Source: Naegleria gruberi (Eukaryota). From it: a stretch of 64,000 nt of DNA. The notes below the pieces were generated by a model. It was not told where the DNA came from. It saw only the letters and a program-made list of their open reading frames with translations, and ran no database searches. This document shows, piece after piece, positions 1-10,866 of the stretch (its first letter is position 1; every line of letters begins with the position of its first letter). Where the stretch lies: the NCBI GenBank assembly GCA_000004985.1, contig GG738846.1. One strand, given 5' to 3'. A program made the position numbers and the translations under genes.

Positions 1-1026
1 CGTTTCCTCGTTTGAAACAATTGAATAGGTTTGTGAATTAATTGGAGGTGTAGAAATTTCCTTAATTTCTACTACATTTGTAACGGAAACTATTTCTTCC
101 TTATTATTTCTTATTGACTGGTTGATTTGAGTAATTTCTTGTTGTTTCATATCATGAGAACTATTGAGGTGATTAACAAATACGTATTCAGAATCTATAG
201 GATCACTTAATTTCTCGAGAGCTATCTCACCACCATTTAACATATTGTGATGTTCAGATTGAGTCTCCATAAATTGTGAAGGTGGAGGAATGATATGCAA
301 ATAACCAGTTCCTAATTCTATCCCTAAATGTCCACCATCACTCATGTTCACAACTACATGTCTAAATGAATCTGTTTTCCAATTATAAACAAATAAAGAC
401 AAATAAATAGATGATGCTGAAATGCCTTGATAATGGCTCAATAATTCTGTTAGTTCATTTGGCTCAGAGAATAGTCTATTATCATAACCAACAATATAAT
501 CAGTTCCGTCAGAAGATATAGAGGCTCTTTCTGCTGGTGAATCAGGTTTAACTCCAATAACATGCCAAACACAATTCAAAGCATTTTTTACCGATTCATA
601 CCTAATAGAACATCCTAAATGCATTGCACTTTTTGATTGCTTTAATTTTTCCAAATCATCACTTGTACTATTATTGTGTTCCTCGTTTTGTTGCTGATCA
701 TGAGGTTCTATCCAATCCGATCTAGGAATTACTGTTACTAGTCTTTGTTTCATTGTCTTTAGGCTATATACATTCATTTTGAGGGGTTGATTCAAACTTC
801 TGGAAATCTTTTGGGGTTGAAATGATCATTACCTTCGGAATGAATCACTTACATAAGTTAAAAAAAATTGTCTATTCTCCTGTGTAAGATCAATATCGTC
901 CATAGAGAGAATGAAATCAAAATATGGGCAAAGTCCAGCTTTTTCTGCAGGGGAATGGTGAGTTACCGAAATAACTTGGTAACCAAAAATATTTTCAGTT
1001 GGAATAGAAGAGTCGACATTGCCCAT
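1..1026 (-). CDS. GORASP: GRASP (Golgi reassembly stacking protein) homolog, 3'-truncated by window edge. Two exons seen: about 833..1026 and 1..763, with an intron of about 69 nt.
   Basis: N-terminus MGNVDSSIPTENIFGYQVISVTHHSPAEKAGLCPYFDFILS matches the myristoylated GRASP PDZ start (MGxxxS...[28 protein letters not shown]). Exon 2 continues with VWHVIGVKPDSPAERASISSDGTDYIVGYD...GTGYLHIIPP, which is the second GRASP PDZ domain. GTAATG donor / TATATAG acceptor keep frame. Confidence 0.75.
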
Positions 1027-1123
1027 TTTTTTTAATTTAATTTATTAATATAATTGATCATTCTAATTTATTTACTATCAACTCTATCAAGAGTTGTTTC
1101 AGACAAATATAACGAATATATTA

Positions 1124-1609
1124 TTATTGACAGCTACCTCCAGTACAAGATGGACAATTATTACTGAGCTTGGTTAAATCAACAGACATTCCACTCCTTC
1201 CAATGATATTTAAATTATTGATTTGTGTAGTATTAGCACCAAAGTTATTTGTGACAAATAGTGTTAGCACACTTATATTCTTAAATTTGGCAATTTTTAG
1301 AGGAATGGCAACTTCCTTAACACATTGTTCTGGATCCATTTCAATCACTTGCGTAGGTTCATTGGAATCAACGTTATCAAAATCTATTGAAACGCCATTC
1401 TTGTTTGTAAAGACTAAAATTTCTCTTGGGCATTTCAACCTGTCAAGGCATTTGATTATCAAGCAGGTTATATCTACATTACTAATGAATGGAATTCGAA
1501 TGATAAGTTGCTCATCAACATCAGATTCTAAAAATTTTCTATCACTCAATTCGAATATATTTTGTACAATATTTGGTTTCTTTTGATTTAAACATTCAAT
1601 TGATTTCAT
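1124..1609 (-). CDS. PITH-domain protein (PITHD1-like); first ATG at 1609. The frame stays open upstream to 1715, so a further 5' exon is possible.
   Basis: DRKFLESDVDEQLIIRIPFISNVDITCLIIKC and NFGANTTQINNLNIIGRSG match PITH/DUF1000 motifs ([49 protein letters not shown]). ECLNQ matches QCLNE. Confidence 0.6.
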   Translation of the reverse strand: MKSIECLNQKKPNIVQNIFELSDRKFLESDVDEQLIIRIPFISNVDITCLIIKCLDRLKCPREILVFTNKNGVSIDFDNVDSNEPTQVIEMDPEQCVKEVAIPLKIAKFKNISVLTLFVTNNFGANTTQINNLNIIGRSGMSVDLTKLSNNCPSCTGGSCQ

Positions 1610-1709
1610 ATTTACAATGTTATTCACACTGGTAAAGATATTTTGATTTTCATGTTTTTCAATATTAGAATTATCAAAAAATTGTTTAACCTTTCCACCA
1701 TCAAACGAA

Positions 1710-2265
1710 TTAAGAAATATTGAAACTTACCTGTGCTTGGTCAATTAAACTTTGCTCGGTTTTCTTTGGTAAGAAATTGCTGAAAAAGCTACCAACACTG
1801 GAAGTTCTATTTACCCAAGAAGGAATGTTGGCACCAACCAGTATTTTACATAATTCATTTGAAAAATGATTACAATTTTTCCTTAGAGGATGATATTCTG
1901 ATGGTTTGAAGCTTGTTTTCAATTGATTAATAATATTATTCAATTCCAAAATCGTTGTATACTCTGTATTTCCCATAAAAATTGATTGCATAAAGGTTGC
2001 TCCATTCGGATATTTTGGTTTATGTGATACAACTCCTGCAGTAGTAACCAAAATATTTTCAAAGAGTGAGTTGATTTACCAATTATTGCTTACCTTCAGA
2101 AGAGAACATGTATTCCGTATTTCTAATCTCTACACCGGAATGGTAGGTTCCCAAACCAACAGAATTTTGTAAACCAGAGAAAAACCCTTGTTGTTTTTGA
2201 AGATCATAAACGTTCAAATACACCTTTAAACCCTCTTCCGAAGAGATCTTTTTGTTTTGAAGCAT
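1710..2265 (-). CDS. DESI/PPPDE-family desumoylating isopeptidase. Two exons, about 2094..2265 and 1710..2035; GTAAGC...TACTGCAG intron of 58 nt.
   Basis: VYLNVYDL...GLGTYHSGVEIRNTEYMFSSEG | GVVSHKPKYPNGATFMQSIFMGNTEY...YHPLRKNCNHFSNELCKILVGANIPSWVNR matches the PPPDE peptidase His/Cys core (HSGVEV, NCNHF). The ORF track splits it into two ORFs across the intron. Confidence 0.65.
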
Positions 2266-2748
2266 TTTTTTAAAATGTTATTGTAATAAGATCATATGAA
2301 TGGATATTGACAATTCCAATCTTAATCAATTTTTATATTGATAATAATTACAATACAGCTCAATTCCAGAGGAGCAATTCAATTTGTCTAATAGATGGTT
2401 TGAAGCTTTATTAATTTGGTGTAATTCGGGGTGAGAGGAAACCGAAGCAAAATTGGCGGGAATTTTATTCTGCATATTCGTTGGAACCTGACAGCACAAA
2501 ATCGTGGTAAAAAACGCTTTCACATTTTCATTTTACTCAACAAAAAACTTGCCAACACTGCTGCTTACGTAAGTCTCTTGTTTAAAACAATGTAAAGTAA
2601 CACCTCTTCTTGCTGTTTATGTTTGATTATTTACACGAATAATTCTCCGTGTGGAATGAACTATTTCAAAACATTTATCACCCAATTTTATTATTATCTA
2701 ATGCGTTCATCATGATTGGTGTGAAACTTTATAATTTGACGAATAGAC

Positions 2749-4134
2749 ATGAGCGTAAAGACTTTTTCTTGGGAAGAAATTGAAAAGCACAACCATGAAG
2801 GAAGTGCTTGGTTAGTCATTCACGGAAAGGTTTATGATGTAACCAAGTTTATTCCTCAACATCCTGGTGGTGATATGATCTTGTTGGGTGCCGGTAGACA
2901 CTCTACAGAACTCTTCATCAGTCACCATCCAACCAAGACCATCACCAATACTAAATTCTTGGAAAAGTTTTACATTGGAGATGTTGAACAAGAACAATCA
3001 GTTACCAAGGAAATGGTAATCAAACAATACACAAAGCATATTTTCGCTCCTGATAGTCAAACCACGTTCTATGATGAATGTAGAGCTGAAGTCGAAAAAT
3101 ACTTTAAAGAAAATAATTTAACTCCACGTGATGTACCTGCAATGTACTTGAAGACCATTCTCTCCCTCTCTGTTTGGTTCATTTTGTACTTGGCTACCTT
3201 TTATTATTTTAATTCCATAATCCTTTCTTTGCTTGTTGCTATTGTGTGGGGTTGGTCTAATGCCAATATTGGTATGGGTATGATGCACGACGCTAATCAT
3301 GGAGGTTATTCTGATAATCCAACTATTAACAGAATTGTCGGATTGTGTTTCGATATTTTGGGTGGTTCTTCTTTTACTTGGAAGATGATTCACTCTGTTG
3401 GACACCACGTTAATACCAATGTCGAAGAACGTGATCCTGATATTCACACCAATGAACCTCATTTTAGAAAGATTAAGGAAGGTCAAAAACAACACTGGTG
3501 GTATTCATATCAACATATTTATTTGCCATTCCTCTATTGCACTTTACTTTTTGAATTGGCTTTCCGTGACTTTGCTGCCATGATGATTGGTGCTTGGGGC
3601 GGTGTTAAATTCCAACCTGCTCCAAAGAATGAATATCTTCTCTTTGTTTCTTCCAAGATGTGTTGGTTGACTTATTCATTGGCTTTCCCATTAATGTTCT
3701 CTCATCATTCTACTGCTACTGTCTTTATGTTGTGGACCATTGCTTATATGGTTGCTTCATTCATTTTGGTTTTGATGTTCCAAGTCAATCACGTCACACC
3801 ACTTACTGATACTTATCATGTTGAAAATGATGGTATGGTTCATGCTGACTGGGGTGTAACTCAAGTCAGTGGTTCTAGTAACTTTGCTTGTCGTTCTTGG
3901 TTGTGGAATCACATTAGTGGTGGTTTGTGTCATCAAACCGAACACCATCTTTTCCCAACTATTTGTCACATTCACTACCCTCAAATTCAACCAATTGTTG
4001 AAAAGTGTGCCAAAAAGTATAACATTAGATATAACGCTTATCCATCTTTCTGGGACGCTGTTGTTGGTCACTTTACCTTATTGAAGGAAATGGGTGCACA
4101 AGGAAAGAAAGTTACCGGATGGAAAGATTTGTAA
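2749..4134 (+). CDS. Front-end (delta5/delta6-type) fatty-acid desaturase with N-terminal cytochrome b5 domain; single exon.
   Basis: Cyt-b5 HPGG motif (IPQHPGGDMILL). Three histidine boxes: HDANHGG, HSVGHH, QTEHHLFP (Q-for-H box 3 is typical of front-end desaturases). Multiple TM segments between boxes. Confidence 0.85.
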   Translation: MSVKTFSWEEIEKHNHEGSAWLVIHGKVYDVTKFIPQHPGGDMILLGAGRHSTELFISHHPTKTITNTKFLEKFYIGDVEQEQSVTKEMVIKQYTKHIFAPDSQTTFYDECRAEVEKYFKENNLTPRDVPAMYLKTILSLSVWFILYLATFYYFNSIILSLLVAIVWGWSNANIGMGMMHDANHGGYSDNPTINRIVGLCFDILGGSSFTWKMIHSVGHHVNTNVEERDPDIHTNEPHFRKIKEGQKQHWWYSYQHIYLPFLYCTLLFELAFRDFAAMMIGAWGGVKFQPAPKNEYLLFVSSKMCWLTYSLAFPLMFSHHSTATVFMLWTIAYMVASFILVLMFQVNHVTPLTDTYHVENDGMVHADWGVTQVSGSSNFACRSWLWNHISGGLCHQTEHHLFPTICHIHYPQIQPIVEKCAKKYNIRYNAYPSFWDAVVGHFTLLKEMGAQGKKVTGWKDL

Positions 4135-4286
4135 ACTAGATCACAATTTTGAATAAAATTTAATTTATAAATTAATTTTCTTTTTATTAAAAAGCTTATT
4201 ATTTATGCTATTTAAATTATAAATAATAAATTATAAAAAAGCTATTTAAGCTTTATTTTAAACAACATTACATTTATTCTTAAAAA

Positions 4287-5192
4287 ATGGCAGGAAAATC
4301 AAAACGTAAAACACCCTCTAAAAAAACACCTGTTGAAACTTTATCACAACAAAACAAAAAGGAGGGAGAACAATTGAAAAGAAAAAATCCTATTCTAATC
4401 ACAAAACCAATTGTATTAGGAAATTTTGCAGTCGGAATTAAAAAGAAGGATGGTGATCAAACTTGGTGTAAATGGGTTTGTTATGTGAGAGGACTGACTT
4501 TGGATGATGACTTGAGTTATATTTCACAAATTACTTTTCATCTTCATGAATCCTTCAGCCCACCACAGGAAACAATCACCAAAGCACCTTTTGAAGTCGA
4601 AAAGGAGGGATGGGGACAATTTCCTCTACGAATTGAGATACATTTCCACGAATCAAGCGGATTACAGCCACTATCTCTTGACTATGACCTTCAATTACCT
4701 GCGGAAAGTCAAAAAAAGAAGAAAAAACCTTGTGTTTATGAAAAATATGAGGAATTACTTTTCTATGATCCTACAGAGAAATTTGAACAGTTGTTGAGAG
4801 AGAATACAGAGCAAGTTCAAAACTCTGTAAAGAAGATTAAATTATCAACAGAGATGGAATTAAAAAATGCAGATCTATCCGAATCAGAACAAGAAGTCTC
4901 CCCTTTAACATCCAAAAAACCATCGGAGGATATTTCATCTGCACCTTCGAATAGTACTACAACTAATAGGTTATCAATTGCTTCAATGATTGAACAATAT
5001 GCTACAATTATTAAGGAGGAAAATTCTCTTAAAGCACTAAATGAATTGAGTGAAAAACTGAAAGAGAAAATCAAAGAAAAAGAAGACCCATCATTTATCA
5101 AAACCGAAAGTTCTAGAACAAAAACAAAGAAATCTAAAAAGCAAACAAAGAAGGAAAGTAGTGACGAGGATGATAGTGATTATGTTGATTAA
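4287..5192 (+). CDS. YEATS-domain protein (Yaf9/GAS41-like) with C-terminal coiled coil and acidic/basic tail.
   Basis: ITKPIVLGNFAVGI...QTWCKWVCYVRG...ITFHLHESFSPPQETITKAPFEVEKEGWGQFPLRIEIHFHESSGLQPLSLDYDLQL matches the YEATS fold consensus (H-W-vYvr, FxLHeSF, PFEvxExGWGEF). Confidence 0.8.
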   Translation: MAGKSKRKTPSKKTPVETLSQQNKKEGEQLKRKNPILITKPIVLGNFAVGIKKKDGDQTWCKWVCYVRGLTLDDDLSYISQITFHLHESFSPPQETITKAPFEVEKEGWGQFPLRIEIHFHESSGLQPLSLDYDLQLPAESQKKKKKPCVYEKYEELLFYDPTEKFEQLLRENTEQVQNSVKKIKLSTEMELKNADLSESEQEVSPLTSKKPSEDISSAPSNSTTTNRLSIASMIEQYATIIKEENSLKALNELSEKLKEKIKEKEDPSFIKTESSRTKTKKSKKQTKKESSDEDDSDYVD

Positions 5193-5199
5193 TTTATTA

Positions 5200-6315
5200 T
5201 CATGGAATTGAATTCTCTACGGTATTGTTGCTTCCACTATTTCCATACTCTTTCGTCAAGATAAATCTACAAACATAACTAATCTTACAAAACACTTTCC
5301 AATAGTAAACTATTGATTTTAAGCTTGTTCCTTTTGGAGGAGTCATTGTTGAGAGATCAAAAGGATCAGATGGTAATCCTTGACTCTCAAATAAGGTAAC
5401 CACAGCTTGTTGCATGTTATTTAATGGTTGTCTGGGTGCTCCTCCAATAATAAAGTTGCTTGCTGTTGCTAAGAGAGGATTTTGAACCTTAGTGTTTGTT
5501 GAAATTCTTTCTCTGTTTCTATAGAATTGAATGAGTTGCTTGTCCCGTTGGGATTGTTTCTCTAGAAAGGTTAAATTTTGAGAAACAGATTCGATTTTTT
5601 CCTCTAAATCCCTTGTTGCCTTGACAAGTAGAGTGTTTTCCTTTGTTTTCTTTTCAATTTCAGATAAAATTTGTTTGGATTCCACATGCTGAGCTTCATC
5701 TGAATTTAATTGTCTTTTTTTCCTTTCCATTTCCACAAATTTGATTAAGAACTTTTTTGAAGTTTTCCTTAAACTTTTTTTCGTGTTTACTCCTTTTGGG
5801 GCATACCTATCTGTCAAGTTTTTAACTGCCTTCAACGACTTGTGAGATAATTGAGGGATGGGATAGGAAGTCGTATTAAGTTGTATTGGTGTTCCAGGAG
5901 TTGATGATAATGGTGTCAATCGTTTTCCTTCATCTATATGTACACTGTTTCTTCTGGGAGAGAATTTTTCCTTTTTCTTTGATTCCAAATTATTGTTCGA
6001 TAAGGCTATGATTTTACTTTGTATATTTGGTATTGTATTTACATTGGAAGATGTATGTTGATTTGGATCATTGTTTGAAGCGAGAATGGGTGAAGAAGAA
6101 GGGAAGGCATTATTTCCAACTATTGATGTTGTTGTGGTACTAGTAGAATTATTAAGGGATTGAGATTCTTTCCGTAGCAATGCATTATTAGACAATACTC
6201 TACTTTGTGAATCATTTAATTGTTGTTGAATTTGTTGATGTTGCATTGAAAATTGCATCATTAGTGAGGGAGAAGAAAACCCATGACGATTACTCTCCAA
6301 TTTATTTAGAGGCAT
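5200..6315 (-). CDS. Hypothetical Ser/Thr/Gln-rich protein with a basic segment followed by a coiled coil (possible DNA-binding leucine-zipper-like region); possible small 3' intron.
   Basis: 371-aa ORF from ATG at 6315. Basic stretch KKSLRKTSKKFLIKFVEMERKKRQLN, then heptad-like LLVKATRDLEEKIESVSQNLTFLEKQSQRDKQLIQF. No family recognised. Confidence 0.4.
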   Translation of the reverse strand: MPLNKLESNRHGFSSPSLMMQFSMQHQQIQQQLNDSQSRVLSNNALLRKESQSLNNSTSTTTTSIVGNNAFPSSSPILASNNDPNQHTSSNVNTIPNIQSKIIALSNNNLESKKKEKFSPRRNSVHIDEGKRLTPLSSTPGTPIQLNTTSYPIPQLSHKSLKAVKNLTDRYAPKGVNTKKSLRKTSKKFLIKFVEMERKKRQLNSDEAQHVESKQILSEIEKKTKENTLLVKATRDLEEKIESVSQNLTFLEKQSQRDKQLIQFYRNRERISTNTKVQNPLLATASNFIIGGAPRQPLNNMQQAVVTLFESQGLPSDPFDLSTMTPPKGTSLKSIVYYWKVFCKISYVCRFILTKEYGNSGSNNTVENSIP

Positions 6316-6567
6316 TATTTTTTATCTCTAAATTTAATTATTAATAATAAACAGCCACCTGGAAATGTATTGTTTGGAAGAGATAAATATTTCGATTTAA
6401 TTTGATAAATAAATTTATTAATGATGGTGATTTACAAGTGTAAAAAATTAGGGTATGAATAACTAGCAGTGGTCGCTCTAATAACAAGTAAATGATGATG
6501 ATTATTCCAATCTATCATTCGCATGCTATCAGTAAAATTAAATTTGTTTCAATATCTTTCCAATAAA

Positions 6568-7257
6568 TTAAACAACATAACGATATGTAACATATCTGCC
6601 AGCTGTTTCCGAAGAACGAATAATCTTTACAATAGCACCTCTTTGAAGACCATAATATCTTGCAATCGGATCCGTGACCTTCATTCTTGGTAATTGTGTT
6701 TCTTTCAATTTATATCTTTGGAGCAATTCTTCATGTTGGGCCTTGTTGAGTGGAACGTGTTGTGGCACCAAGACATGTTCTGTAATATTTACCAAAAGTT
6801 CAGTTTCCTTGAATGTTTCAAGAATATATCCAATAGCTTGAAGAGCTTCAATTGCTCTCTTAGCTTGAGAGCTGAGATCCTTTTGTTGGAATGAATCAGC
6901 TGGTCTCAAGACAAGAATAGCTCTCTTTACATTGTTATCCTTCATTTTAGAGTGATAATCCTTGATTTGTTTCATACCAATAGCTTTTGTTGCTGGGAAG
7001 AAAACAAATATCATTTCGGAAGGATCATCAGCCATTGATGTAACAATACTAAGTCTGTCTCTTCCTATTGTTGTATACCCACGGGCTTGACCAGATTGAG
7101 AAACATTATTAGGTCCTGTACCAAATTTACTTTCAAATTCAGCAAGGTCCATATTCTTTTCAGATTCAAGAACCATATAACCACGAGCATCCAACATTTG
7201 GAGGACAGTCTTTCTTATTCTCCACAAACGATAGCTTTCAGAATTTGCGTTGTTCAT
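6568..7257 (-). CDS. POLR2E: RNA polymerases I/II/III common subunit RPB5 (ABC27).
   Basis: Near-colinear with RPB5 over the full length: SYRLWRIRKTVLQMLDARGY, LVNITEHVLVPQHV, KLKETQLPRMKVTDPIARYYGLQRGAIVKIIRSSETAGRYVTYRYVV. Confidence 0.95.
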   Translation of the reverse strand: MNNANSESYRLWRIRKTVLQMLDARGYMVLESEKNMDLAEFESKFGTGPNNVSQSGQARGYTTIGRDRLSIVTSMADDPSEMIFVFFPATKAIGMKQIKDYHSKMKDNNVKRAILVLRPADSFQQKDLSSQAKRAIEALQAIGYILETFKETELLVNITEHVLVPQHVPLNKAQHEELLQRYKLKETQLPRMKVTDPIARYYGLQRGAIVKIIRSSETAGRYVTYRYVV

Positions 7258-7474
7258 TTTTTTTTGAAGTTGGTGAAAAATATTGGCAATCTATTTTTCT
7301 ATGCATAATGATAATGGCAGTTATCAAATAGTAGTTAAACTAAAATTTAAATATTTAATTAAATAATTATGTGATCAAAGTAATAAATAATAAAACCAAA
7401 ACAACATTCATAGTATTCGATTAAAAAATATTATTCAATTCTGAAGAGGAAGGAAAAAATTCGAAGATAAAAAA

Positions 7475-8687
7475 ATGTCAGAATCCAAATTAATTGCTTT
7501 CGGTAGAGTTGCCACCACTCTTGAAATCGGTATTGTTGGTTTGCCAAACGTTGGTAAATCCACCTTCTTCAACGTTTTAACTAATTCTCAAGTTCCTGCT
7601 GAAAACTTTCCTTTCTGTACCATTGATCCAGCCACATCTCGTGTTGCTGTTCCTGATGAAAGATTTGATTGGTTAGTTGGACATTGGCAACCAGCTAATC
7701 ATGTTCCAGCTATCTTGAACGTTACCGATATTGCTGGTTTGGTTAAGAATGCTTCCGAAGGTTTGTATTTAATGTTGTGATGATGTTTATTGTTATTCCA
7801 AAATAATAATAGGTGAGGGTTTGGGTAACGCTTTCTTGTCTCACATTCGTGCCACCGATGCCATCTTCCATATGGTTAGAACTTTTGATTCTAAGAATAT
7901 TACTCACGTAGAAGGTAGTATTGACCCAGTTAGAGACATCAAGATTATTGAAACTGAATTGATTAAAAAGGATATCTCCTACTTGGAAAATATTAGAGGA
8001 CCAACTGAAAAGCTTGCCAAGCAAAAGAAGGAAAAGAAGGATGAATTGGACAGTATTGACAAGGCTCTTGCCATGTTGAAGGAAGGTCGTGAAGTTAGAT
8101 TTGGTGATTGGAATGGAAAGGAAATTGAAATTTTGAATCCTCACCAATTGTTGACTACCAAACCAATGATTTACCTTGTCAACATGACTCCAAAGGATGT
8201 TGTTGATCCAGAAAAGAATGAATGGATTGCCAAGATTAGAGAATATGTCAGCTCAAAGGGTGATGCTGAACCAGTCATTCCATACAGTGCTGCTTTCGAA
8301 AAGAAATGGCAAGAAACTGATGAAGAAAAGAGAAAGGAATTGACAGGAAAGGGTATCACATCCAAGCTTCCAGAAATCATCAAGATTGGTTACAAGACTC
8401 TTAACTTGATTTACTACTTTACTGCTGGTAAGGATGAAGTCAAGGCTTGGACAATTAAGAGAGGTACTAAGGCTCCACAAGCTGCCGGTAAAATTCACTC
8501 TGACTTTGAAAAGGGTTTCATTTGTTGCGAAGTTATGAAGTTTGAAGATTACAAACAATATGGAAGTGAACTTGAATGTAAGAACAATGGTAAACTCAAA
8601 GAAAAGGGTAAAGTTTACGAAGTCGAAGATGGTGACATTATCTTCTTCAAATTCAACACTGCTGGTGGTGGTCCAAAGAAGAAGTAA
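7475..8687 (+). CDS. OLA1: Obg-like ATPase 1 (OLA1/YchF). Two exons, about 7475..7760 and 7813..8687; GTTTGT...AATAATAG intron of 52 nt.
   Basis: P-loop [15 protein letters not shown]; FCTIDP; splice restores NASEG|[24 protein letters not shown]; C-terminal TGS domain ([19 protein letters not shown]). The ORF track shows it as two ORFs, the second starting on TTG. Confidence 0.9.
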
Positions 8688-8786
8688 ATTATAAAGATAA
8701 TTAAATTATTATTATGAATGAAATTATCGATCCGAACCTAAATTGCATCCAATTTTAAAATTGCACAAAAAGTGGAAGAATAAAAA

Positions 8787-10850
8787 ATGGCACCAAATGA
8801 CGTAACAACCTTGAAAGCTTTGGAAACTGTCCACAGTATCAATCCATCCCTCTTTCTTAGTGTATGTAAAGAATTTGATATTAAATTTTATTTAAACATT
8901 GATTTATTCGGAAAATAGGCAAGAAGAGAAGAATTGAAAAATCTCCAAAGAGAAGTGTTATCATCATCAGGAAGTGCTCGTGTATTTCAAAGGCTTCCTA
9001 GATATTCGAGAAGGAGGGCCATGTCAAAAGTTCCTCACCTTCTACCAAGACATTTACGTAATGCAGCTATTAGAGAAATGACTCTTCCGAAACGAGTTAG
9101 ACAAAGAAAAAGAAGAAAGGATTTGAAAAGAAAACAACATAGAAAAGAATTTATTGTTAAATTACATGATTTACCGTCTCTCAATAATGATCAAGAGAAA
9201 AAATCATTTAGACTCTCAACACATTTATATCATGCCAAGAGAATGAAAATGGACGATAGATGGGGATTTAGAATTGCTGTAGAACATATTACGGACAAAA
9301 TATTTAGGAATGGTTACAGATATATGAGGAGACATTGCACTCTTCATGAAAGAAGTTACATGATTTGCTTGCAAATTGAGTTTAATTCAAGTGGAAATGT
9401 GGAAAAACTTTTAAAATCAATGATGCAAATCCATCAAGAATCACAATTACCATTCCATGAGGATTATTTGATTGGAAAAAGAGAGGGAACTTTCGAATGG
9501 TTGGATGATAGTAATTTTACAATTTCACCAGTGGATTTTCTAGTAAAACCTTCTGAATCAGCAAATTGTGCTAATACAATTATGATATGGCTCCATCCAT
9601 CAACTCTTCCAGAGAGCTATCATCACTTGACAGATATAGTTACAAAATTGAATGGAAAAGTACACCACAGAAATGATCTTTCAAGATTTGAAATAAGAGG
9701 GCCATTAACTATGAAAACAATTTCAAATGTCATTAGAATTCACATAGAAGATACAATTAATGAACTAAGACAAAGAAATGGCTCAGATAGTGCAATTAAA
9801 TCAATAGTTAATGAATGGGAAAGAATGAAGACAGACATTCAAATGGCAACGTCCCTCCCATCAGATATGGTTCTAGGTTTCATGGCAAAACATCCAATCT
9901 ATACATCGTCATTTAATTCAACGTTTGAAGATTACAAGAGAGAGTCTCGTTTATTGGCAAACGCTGTCACACCAAACACATCTTACACTTCTCCAAATCA
10001 TGAAGAGAATCTTAATGCATTACAAAAAAAGATTATGGTAAATATACCAAACCAATTGAATGATATTGGATTAATTTGGAGTCATTCAGAATGTAAAGAG
10101 AGATATCATTTTCCATATTTAAGAAAAAATAAGAGGACTAAAAAGTTGTATACTCAAGGTGCAGAAGGTCCAAGGTCTTTCCCAGTTATTTTGATACAAA
10201 AAACGTCTAGTTTGAATAGTGGAAGCACAATGGGAGGTGGATTTGATATTATTTTACCAACAGTAGACGTTTCTGCTCATGTTTGGTCGAAATTGTCTGA
10301 ACAAAAGAATACTATGGTTCTTCCACTTTTAGATAGGAATAGACTCTTACTAGAACAGGGTAAACGTGTATTTCCAGATGACTATCCTTCCAGTCAAGCT
10401 TTTCAAAGAATGGCAATTGAAAAGGAAGAATCAATGGAAACATTAATTCAGAATCTTTCTTGCCCTCTTCCTTCTTTCAGATCTATTCACATTTTTGGTA
10501 TTTGGGGAGGAAGCTTGGCGCCTTTTGATACCATTCACTTGCCAACCAATCCAACTCAAATCAAAGAGCTACTGAAAAGAGCCAAACCAAAATCTAAAAA
10601 GGGAGAACTAGATACCAAGATGCATGCTATACACAATTCTCTCATTGATACAACTTGTATTGGATTTGTGACTTCTGCCAATTATTCACTTTTGCGAGGT
10701 AAAAAGTTTGGAATTGGTTTCATTACGGCCAATTCAAGCCAACAACTTCCCTTCATACCAGGGCATCACCAAAACTTAATTCTTATCAAGAGAAAAGAAA
10801 AATCCAATGAATACTTTTATCCTTTTCAGGTTGCTGTTACCTCTAAATAA
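8787..10850 (+). CDS. POP1: RNase P/MRP protein subunit POP1. Two exons, about 8787..8861 and 8919..10850; GTATGT...AAAATAG intron of 57 nt.
   Basis: N-terminal POP1 signature after splicing: FQRLPRYSRRRAMSKVPHLLPRHLRNAAIREM...THLYHAKRMKMDDRWGFRIA (compare LPRHMRRRAMSHN...THIWHAKRFHM..WG). Long POPLD-type C-terminal region. The 5' exon (MAPNDVTTLKALETVHSINPSLFLS) is predicted from splice signals only. Confidence 0.7.
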
Positions 10851-10866
10851 ATATTTTAGTTTAATT

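Noticed and set aside
1170-1586. Antisense or alternative-frame ORFs inside recognised genes. Examples: 1170..1586(+), 3118..3495(-), 3757..4071(-), 11090..11476(+), 16860..17231(+), 46668..47048(-), 54330..54665(-), 59608..60531(+), 60013..60531(+).
   Set aside because: Each lies entirely within a gene whose other-strand or other-frame translation carries strong conserved motifs. They have low-complexity or codon-usage-atypical translations and are the expected by-products of AT-rich sequence.
1725-1733. ACTTACCTG (U1 snRNA 5'-end-like) on the minus strand
   Set aside because: Lies inside the DESI coding exon (QAQVSFNIS) in frame. No downstream snRNA features.
2326-2523. 65-aa ORF 2326..2523(-) between DESI and the desaturase
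   Set aside because: Short, no start context, sits in the desaturase upstream region. Probably non-coding promoter/5'-UTR DNA.
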